NCBI RefSeq assembly: GCF_006345805.1
Contig: NC_043001.1
Coordinates: forward strand, 114,948,001-115,012,000
DNA length: 64,000 nt
Direction: 5' to 3'
Origin: Octopus sinensis
Taxonomy: Eukaryota
The position numbers and the translations under genes are program-made. Shown piece after piece: positions 55,166 through 64,000 of this stretch (position 1 is the stretch's first letter; every line of letters begins with the position of its first letter). Under the pieces are notes generated by a model. It did not search any database, was not told where the DNA came from, and saw only the letters and a program-made list of their open reading frames with translations.

Positions 55166-55416
55166 TTCGTCAACAACCTACATTGCAAGAAATAAGAGCT
55201 AAAATACTCTAATTCTGCAGTCAATACACATATATGTAAACATATACACTAACAGGGATCTTAATCGACTGGAAAATGCCGATCAATAATTCTGAATATT
55301 AACATCAGTTTCAGCAATTATATATGTATAATGATATAAACAACTTATAAGAAAGGGCTAAAGAAAATTATTTCAAAGCCAATATGCTGATTTTCCACAT
55401 ATAATCTACTCGCTAA

Positions 55417-55472
<56 letters not shown>

Positions 55473-55540
55473 TGAATTTATGGAATGAAGTCCCTTAAAA
55501 CTTAACAGTTTAGTTTAAAATGGAGGAGACAAGTCGTTTC

Positions 55541-55643
55541 GTACAAGACGATCGTTTCGTACAAGATTATGATAATAATGTAAATTCATGATTAAATTAA
55601 ATTACTTACATTAATTACATATCAACGTACTCTTCAGTACAGG
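55541..55643 (-). ncRNA. Hammerhead-like core, long loop II, stem I lost
   Basis: CTGAAGA-GTAC...GTAC-GAAAC-GATC-GTC. A 14-nt duplication disrupts the 3' side; adjacent to (TA)n. Confidence 0.4.
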
Positions 55644-56815
55644 AAGTAAAACCCGTAATGCAAAGAAGTTGAGAAGGAATATAGCAGAAAAATTGAACTT
55701 AGAATATTCATTATTTTATCTGTGTTATTAAAAGATGTGAGTCATGTCGGATATATAACCATAAATAACGGCTACAACAGATATTTGATGTTATAAGTAA
55801 AGAGGTATCATAGACGTTCCCTTTATAGATGAGTATTGAAATATCAGTCTATTAATTTACCTCAAATGAGAAATAGTCAAATCGTGTAAACCTATCTATA
55901 ATGTAACTATAATGACTACTGGAAGCAGCTGTAAGCCAAATTTGCTCTAATAAAAGAACTATTTGTAATGACCATTATTTTTAACTTATTTTTTTTTATA
56001 TATATTTATATGTATATGTAAGCTTTATGTATGTATGTACTAATTTATAGTATGGTCTACTAAAAGTCTCCGTCTAAAAATTTTACCAAACAATATAAAA
56101 CATTACTGTCGACACGTAACGTCTTTCACACGAATAACAGAAGTTGCCTTATTAGAAATACTATTGCACAACTTCAATTAAAGCAATTCCCAGGCTCTAT
56201 TTAATTTCTCACAAACACACAAACACACACACACACACATACACATACACGCGCGCGTACATACATAGTTGTGCTCATTCATGTGTGTGGGTTTGTGTGT
56301 GCATATATATATATATATACATATATGCATTATAGAAACTCTTTTTAATTCCCTGTTTACTTAAACAGTAATGTATTTTCTAAGTTTTCTTTCTTATCTT
56401 ATATACTTGGTAAACTTACTTCACACTTTATTACATTTACTTGTTTACTACAAGTTGCCATCTGCTTAACTGATAAGATAATGAAGAGAGAAAATATCAA
56501 TGAATCAATACAGAAATTAAGAAGGAAAAAGAAGGGAAGAAACAAAGATATAATTGAGAAGGTAGGACATACTCACTCAAGAGTCACTGGTTTATATAGT
56601 AGTATAGTCTCGTATAGTTTCGTTCTATATTTTAGTCCGTATAAATAACACTGGAATTAAGTATGCCAGTTTACACAAATGCATGTAAACAGGAACCTAT
56701 ATATTTGTGTATGTACATAAGTATGTGCGTGTGTGTCTTTTTGCCTGTGTTTACCTCCCCCACTCCACTTGATATATGGTGATGGTTTATTTATGTCCTC
56801 GTAAATTAGCGGCTT

Positions 56816-56850
<35 letters not shown>

Positions 56851-56905
56851 TGAGGTAGCATGTGTGTAAACCCGCATAAGTAAACCTGCATAACCTCACA
56901 TCTCT

Positions 56906-57406
56906 AAGTCAGTTGATACAATCCCAGATCCAGAAGAGGTGGTAAATTATCAAACGGAATTTCTCAACACACTGGAGCCTCCAAGACTACCTCCCCACAG
57001 ATTGGAACTCCAGTAATGATATTGAGGAATTTGGATCCACCAGCATTCTACGGTGGGACACGCCTGGTGGTAAACAAGATAATACCACATGTTATCGAGG
57101 TCACCATTCTCTCTAGATGTGGAAAAGGAGGATGCTTCATGCCCAGAATTCCTTTTTCATTCAGAAGAGTGCAATTTCCTATTCGTATCACCTACACAAT
57201 GTCTATCAATAAAATTCAAGGGTCAAACACTGCCTGTGGTAGAACCTCTCTTGGAAGAGTCATGCTTTTCACACGGGCAATTAAATATTCGCTGCTCTAG
57301 AGTGGGAAGCAAAAAATCTCTTCGTATTTGTTACACAAAGGAAAACAAAGAATATTGTTGACCAAAAGGTTTTGTAGGAATCAATACATCCTACGATACC
57401 CGCTAG
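56906..57406 (+). pseudogene. Helitron RepHel PIF1-like helicase C-terminus plus 3' terminus
   Basis: KSVDT..VNYQTEFLNTLEPP.LPPH, MILRNLDPP..GTRLVV, PRIP, QFPIR..MSINK.QGQTL, FSHGQL..CSRV. Stop at ~57376, hairpin GTAGGA/TCCTAC, CTAG|T at 57403-57407. Confidence 0.9.
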
Positions 57407-57699
57407 TATCTACTGTTCTTTGTGAATGGTGATGATTGATACTATTTCGGCATAATAACAACAAACTCGAAGACTGCATCAACAAAGTACTTTCCTGTAT
57501 GGACTTCAGTATCAAAGCATATTCTCCAATTATTCCCACCAGACATGTAGTAAACCATTAAGCCTTATTTTTCAAGTAATTCATTACTACATATTCTCAT
57601 ATGACTGAATAGGCTCAGTTTATGTTTATCATTCTACAGCCACACCAATAATCCAATGTCACCGTTTCACCTTCTGCAATATTTCAACACATCACTTTC

Positions 57700-58093
57700 C
57701 CGTTGCCGTCTCCTGATGTTGCCCCTTTCCGAAATGTACTCATTTACATACGATATCTCCATTACACCTAAGTTCATTCGACTGTCAATCATACAATATG
57801 TAGTATTAGATGCAGCGCCGACCGCCGCACGGGAGAATGTATCTACTGACAGCTTTTCAGTGGATTCAAAAATCACATACACCCCACCCTCAATTTTCCA
57901 TGACAGCTTAGGCTTTGGAATCCTCCAAACGAACGCATGACATGTCGTTTAGTTGAATTAGCCCATCATTTACTCCACAAATGTTTTGTCGTCAATGCTG
58001 CAAATTTTCCGTATCGCATGTTTCAACATAACTGTATTATATACACAAACTATACCATTTCAGCCCCGAGCAATGGCCGGAATCTCTGCTACT
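57700..58093 (+). mobile_element. Helitron family 2, decayed copy
   Basis: Homologous to ~13590-13830 (GCAGCGCC..CCGCA..GGAGA; CCACAAATGTTTTGTCGTCAATGCTGCA); ends CCCGAGCAATGGCCGG...CTGCTACT. Confidence 0.6.
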
Positions 58094-58740
58094 GTGTGTG
58101 TGTGTGTGTGTGTATATATTTTAAGTTAGGCCTCATTAATTGTTCTCGAGACAAATTGCATATTAATCGCAACAGAAATTTTCATTCTTCTAACTGCTGT
58201 TTAAGACTGTTTTAAATTTGCTTAATGCAATTTTGACAGTATCAATAACACTACGAAAAAACTGCCACGTGATTTCATCTCAGTTTAGCACAAGGGTTTC
58301 TACTCGTTGAATTCTTGTTATTCTGAGTGAAATGAATATGGCCAAATCATGGCATTTCCTTCAGCCTTCAGTGAAAATCTTAATGTCGGTCATTTTCCTG
58401 TTCGAGAAATGACGCATGTATCAGTCTTTTCAGTACTTTTTCACGGCTACTGTGAGCATAGAGGTAGGGGAGAATATATTCTTATTTCATAGTTTTGTGT
58501 GTGTATGAGTATGTCTATGTGTGTGTTTGTGTTCGATGGTATATAATCACCCCAGCCCCATCATATATATATATATACATACACACACTTACACACATAA
58601 ACAGACGTGACAGAAGTAAATAGACTGACTTATAACCATTAAAATTAATTTGAATCTGAAATTATAATTAAAATTATTTATTAATTATCATTATGTAAAT
58701 ATATAATATTTCGTAGAAATGCCCTTTGCATTTTTTCAAG

Positions 58741-59257
58741 TGAAATCTTTTCATGTCAAATTCTTGATTGCAGCGTTTCCAGACCCACACTCGACAACTG
58801 TCAGAAAATACAGCAAATCTGGACTTTTCAGAGAATATGATAGTGTCCCGAAATGCTAGCGGCTACTCCATCATTTCACTGGCCCAATCTTTTCTCCACT
58901 TGATATTGGCTGGTTGAAGTGGATTTCTTCTTGCTGTTCTGCCATAGTAGCCAAGTTACCTGACAACTCTTCTGAGACTGGCATTAACTTGTTCTGCTGC
59001 AAGACGCCTTGCAATAAGGATTATCCTCTACACTTAGTTTAACAAAGCAAAGGATCCAGTCAGAGGGCCCTGGTTGACCTCGAAAAGGTAATGTTGACTC
59101 CTTCCGCTCTCGGTTGAATTGCACAATCACCCTATTAACTGTAGAAAGCGGTATCCTAAGGTTTCCTTCGATTTTACACTATGTCCACATTCAGATTGCC
59201 CACAATATGACTTCTTTGAAATTTGGACAGTTACAAGGCTTCTTTTGTACGTGGCAT
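58741..59257 (-). pseudogene. Tc1 transposase relic (N-terminus to first catalytic D)
   Basis: [50 protein letters not shown]. Confidence 0.8.
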
Positions 59258-59512
59258 GATTAAACAGTCATATATAGAACCTGAAGCATTAAAAAATCCC
59301 CATTAATAAAAAATGTAAACCTTTTCAAGCTAAAATGAACATAAAATAATGCCTGTGTTGTCTATTTACTTGTGTCATGTGTATATATACACGATGTAGT
59401 GAATATATTGTCGTCTAAATTACGCAAAACTGAAAATAACACTGACATCTCATTTTAACTAATATATTTACCAAAATTACATAAAATTATCTTGAAATAC
59501 GTAAGAGCAAAC

Positions 59513-59701
59513 TTATTCAATAAAATCGTCATTGGCTTCAACCATGGCCTCCAGACGACTTCGGAATCTCCTGCAACTCTTCTGGACAGTCTCCTTGTTT
59601 AAGTTGGTGAATGCTGCTATAATCCTTGCTTTCAGTTTATCTTTGGTATTACAAGGGGTTTTGTTGGTCTCTCTCTTAACTGCGCCCCACACATAATAAT
59701 C
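59513..59701 (-). pseudogene. Tc1/mariner-superfamily transposase C-terminus
   Basis: DYYVWGAVKRETN..CNTKDKLKARI..AFTNLNKETVQKSCRRFRSRLEAMVEANDDFIE*. Confidence 0.85.
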
Positions 59702-60234
59702 ATATAAGAATCAAGTTGTTCGCCACCCAGTCCCGACTTTGCCCACCTGATTTCACCGAAACAGGATTTTGGTGTCACTTTCATCTCATCTGTCGAATCA
59801 CCAAAGTCCTCATACTTTTAGACAACTTTTACCCATCTACTACCCACTGTTCCATTTCTTTCAGAAAACTTAATATTTGTCTTACTTGATACGAAAATAT
59901 ATGCGCAGCCATCTACGGAATAAATAAGATTGCTATAGTATTTGCAACAGCAACATCAATTGTAGACGATGCTTTAAAACAATAACATTAGCAAAAGCAA
60001 ATGATAAGCATTCAAGGCAATCTATATAAAACCTATCACTAATGCTATAAGACGACAGTTGTTCCTTGAAGATCACAGCACAAGTCACAGAAAAACGAAT
60101 TCAGTTTATACAAATAATATACTGTAGACCACTTTTCTCAATCGTTCACAATACATTTGCACACTCACACAGTGACAGTCACATACACCTATATTCATTT
60201 ATGTATATATGAATGTATACATGTATAATGCTGG

Positions 60235-60314
<80 letters not shown>

Positions 60315-60785
60315 GCATTTACACACATATATATATATATACATATTCATTTACACACACATAGATATATATATATATATATATTGATTTCTACCATATT
60401 TTCTTTAGCCTCTAAACTTTTAACACTCAATAGCTTAGTAAGACATTTTTATCACCTCGATGTAAATTAATGCCAAAATATCTCCAAAATATATAACCAC
60501 ACAGCTAGAGACAAGTAAACAGAACACTTATGACAAGATACAATTTTTTATAGAAATGAAATTAACGTTATCAATTGATTTTTATCGCTCACGTGGCTAA
60601 ATACAGGTTGTGAATTATTTGCGTATCCACAAAACAAAATAACAGAAAACGCTCAGTTGTTTTTTCCTATGCTGAAATGACTCAATTTAAACATAACATT
60701 AAATGGTGTGTTGTGGCTTTCATGCTACTTGTTTTTGTTATTGTTGCATTTTTTATTATGAAGTATCTTAATAATAAAAAAATAT

Positions 60786-60964
60786 TGTTCTATATTTAAG
60801 AGATGAGGAATTATGTACATTATTTACATTATTTATGTTATTTACATCTGACGAATATTTGTCCACATCTTGTTTCTTGTTATACCCTCCCACCTTCATC
60901 AGGTGTCTTGGGGGAATTTTTGAACCTGGGTTCTCATTCCTAAGGTATTTTTCAATGTTGTTAT

Positions 60965-61017
<53 letters not shown>

Positions 61018-61106
61018 TACTACTACTACTACTAACACTACTATTCAGGTAACTGCCTGGAATCGAACTCGGAAACTCTGGGTTAGTAACTCGTGCTCTT
61101 AACCAC
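60786..61106 (-). mobile_element. HHR-tailed tRNA-SINE, third copy (HHR partly deleted)
   Basis: B-box GAGTTCGATTCC, (AGT)n spacer, GACAC-CTGATGA-AGGTGG, same tail as 33037. Confidence 0.8.
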
Positions 61107-61312
61107 TTTGTTACAGCTCATTACATTTTGATTTCAAATCCCGTGACATTTGACTTTGCATTTTACCCGTTCTAGATGGATAAAATTAAGTACAAGTCAA
61201 GCGTTTTATATCAATTGAATCGACTTAAACCTTCACCTAAAATCCTTGGTGTTATGCTTTTCTAAGGAATCCCTCATGCAACTATTACCATGCGCTATAT
61301 TAATCATTTTTG

Positions 61313-61530
61313 AGGCATGTGGCTTAATAATTAGTGTATTGGACCCATGATCATGTGAATATGGTTACGATTCCTGGACCGGGCCATGCGTTTAGCTCTC
61401 CCTGAGTACTTCATCTCAATTTCCTCCAATTCACTCAGCTGGCAAAAATAAGTAATCTTGCGATGGACCGGCGTCCGGTCTGGTAGGGTGTATATACGCC
61501 ACAGAACCTGGAAAACCAGCCCCATGCGTT
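61313..61530 (+). mobile_element. SINE family B, old copy
   Basis: Diverged match to 7766-8014. Confidence 0.7.
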
Positions 61531-61647
61531 TTATATGAGACGAAGAGAAACATTATCCTATCCATAATATTCATTCCGTCTATTTGCTTTACCCCGGGTC
61601 AGTAAAAGAAAGTATCAGTGAAGTATTGCAAATGTTATTGTCAGTTA

Positions 61648-62000
61648 TTCTTTTCTTTCATTTGTTTCAGTCATTTGACTGCGGCCATGCAGGAGCACCG
61701 CCTTTAGTCGAACAAATCAACGGCAGGACATATCCTTTGGAAGCCTAATACTTATTCTGTCGGTGTATTTTGTCGAACCACTAGGTTACGGGGACGTAAA
61801 CACACTAGCATCAGTTGTCAAGCGATGGTAGGAGGGGGGACGAACACATACACACAAACGTATACGGGCTTCTTTCGGTTTCCGTCTACCAAATCCACTC
61901 ACGAGGCTGTGGTCGGCCCTAGCTATAGGACAAGACAGTTGCCCAAGGTATCACGCGGTGGGACTGAACTCAGAACCATGTGGTTGATAAGCAAGTTGTT
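61648..62000 (-). mobile_element. SINE family A
   Basis: Reverse complement of the 54000-54400 type. Confidence 0.85.
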
Positions 62001-63049
62001 CATTTTTTCATAAATTGACAGCCCTGTACCTATGTAATAAAACAAGATTATAACTATTATCGAGGTCTGCTTGCGCAGAATCGATATAACAAAGACAAAG
62101 CGGCGTAGTGTAGATAGTTATGCCTCTTTACGTTCCTATTTGTACTCTCGCCAATTTTCCGTTCATCTACCTCCGTTTCTTGTAATAGGCACTAGGTGAG
62201 TCCTGACATCGATCAAGTCTCATGTATACCTTCTATAAGCGCAGTACCTTATGCCAATACTAATTTTATTATTACAACCTCCTCTAGATTCGTACCAAAG
62301 CCACATTTATCCCATGATTCAGGCAAATTCAAGAGGACGGTTATATGCACATGCTATGACTAAATTGTAACTGACATATTGCTTGGCAACACAACTTATT
62401 TCGGTGAATATTTCCACCATTACAACAACTGATGTCGACACCATATTGTTTCGCTCTCCTTGCTGCGAATATAATAGATTTTTACTTCGCCAACAATAAA
62501 TTATCCACTGTTACTAACGCACAGGAACATACAAACGTTAACAAACTGAGCGACAGATGCACACACTAATATACACATATATACTAATGCAACGGTTTAT
62601 GATAAAGAGTAAGAATTATTAAATTATACATAATTGATTGATTTGCCTGTGAGGAATGAAGTGTTATTGCGTTTGTGTATAGTCCTCTATGTGTGCGCAT
62701 GTAGTGTATGAATATATGTGTGTGTGTCTGTGGTGTTTGATCGAGTGTATGTGTGTGTGTGATTGTATGTATGAGTGAATGTGTGTTAATATGTTAATGT
62801 TAGGAGGGATGTTAGTATTCGAGTTCGCTCACATGTAGAGGTCGTACAGCGTAGAAACAATTTCATTATAGAACTATATGTGGCGTGTGTATGGGGGGTG
62901 TTGTGGAATGAATATATCTATCTATCTACCTATCTATCTACGTATGTATTAACATAGATAATAGATAGATATAGACATATATAGGTAAAGATATATAGAT
63001 ATATTGTATAAATATACATATGGAGGCATGTATACGCTAATTTATGTCA

Positions 63050-63119
<70 letters not shown>

Positions 63120-63130
63120 ATGCTCATATT

Positions 63131-63165
<35 letters not shown>

Positions 63166-63213
63166 ATAAGTGTTTATATATGCGTATAGACAGAGAGAGA
63201 GAGAACCAAACAT

Positions 63214-63299
<86 letters not shown>

Positions 63300-63720
63300 G
63301 AGATACAAGCATGCACATATATGTATATAAATGAAAAACTAAAATACCGGGGCACCCAATGTAGTTTTATGGAAATACGGATTTCCAGAAATACAATTAC
63401 TGGAAAATAACACTAAACAGAACTTCCTGGAATGCTCTAAAGACAAGAGATAACGTTGAAGAAGAAGAATAGAATAGTTTATAGACTACAGGAATAATAT
63501 AATTCCAGCTTGTATAGGTGGAAATATCTTAAGAAATAATATTTTGCTAATTTTGAGAAAAATATATATTCCTAGCTTCAAGATTGGCAAAATTGTACAT
63601 GTTAAAGAACTTTTCACTTGTTTCCCGCGCCATTTGGAACGACTGAAGTTTTCCTAAGTTTCAAACTCTCTCATATTCCTCTTGAGTTTTGGTTTCATCG
63701 CAGTAGGTGTGGGAATTTTG

Positions 63721-63862
63721 AATTCTGCTGTACTATACATTCAAGGTGAATGTAGATGTATATAGTTATGTGTGTGCGCGAGCATGTGTGTGTATGCGCA
63801 TAGATATATTTATAGCCAATGACTTGTCAGAATACACCTTGAATGTAGAGTACAGCAGAATT
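63721..63862. mobile_element. Small MITE-like inverted repeat element (142 bp)
   Basis: 28-bp arms AATTCTGCTGTACT(A/C)TACATTCAAGGTG, 1 mismatch. Confidence 0.6.
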
Positions 63863-64000
63863 AAGTACAGAATTCCATGAACAAAAGTTTGACTAAAATG
63901 TTTTGTAGATTAACTGAATGAAAAATATAAATAGAATTCATTTATAGTATTCCGGAACATAGACTGTTTCTGAAAAGTGGTTCAATCTAGAAAAATCGTC

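Overview
This is AT-rich, microsatellite-saturated eukaryotic DNA, most consistent with an octopod cephalopod (Octopus-like). That assignment is inferred from the SINE families and the TA/TATG/GATA/TAA arrays. No intact host protein-coding gene, rRNA, true tRNA gene or CRISPR array can be supported; most ORFs in the track are microsatellite translations. The window is a transposon graveyard containing: about 15 tRNA-derived SINE copies with swapped heads and tails; four copies of one non-autonomous Helitron, a second Helitron family, a Helitron helicase remnant and a Helentron-type (HINE) element; four Tc1/mariner transposase relics and small MITEs; R4/Dong-like RLE-LINE fragments in (TAA)n; and a young, 5'-truncated Tx1/L1-clade LINE sitting exactly inside a (GATA)n array. 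The most striking signal is about ten type I hammerhead-ribozyme (HHR) motifs from at least four or five unrelated short element families. One family is a tRNA-headed SINE whose 3' half carries a Penelope-style minimal HHR and which has integrated twice with an inverted duplication inside a target-site duplication. Another is a ~300-bp-arm foldback in (TA)n carrying two complete HHRs in opposite orientation. All structures were read by eye; no folding, alignment or database search was run.
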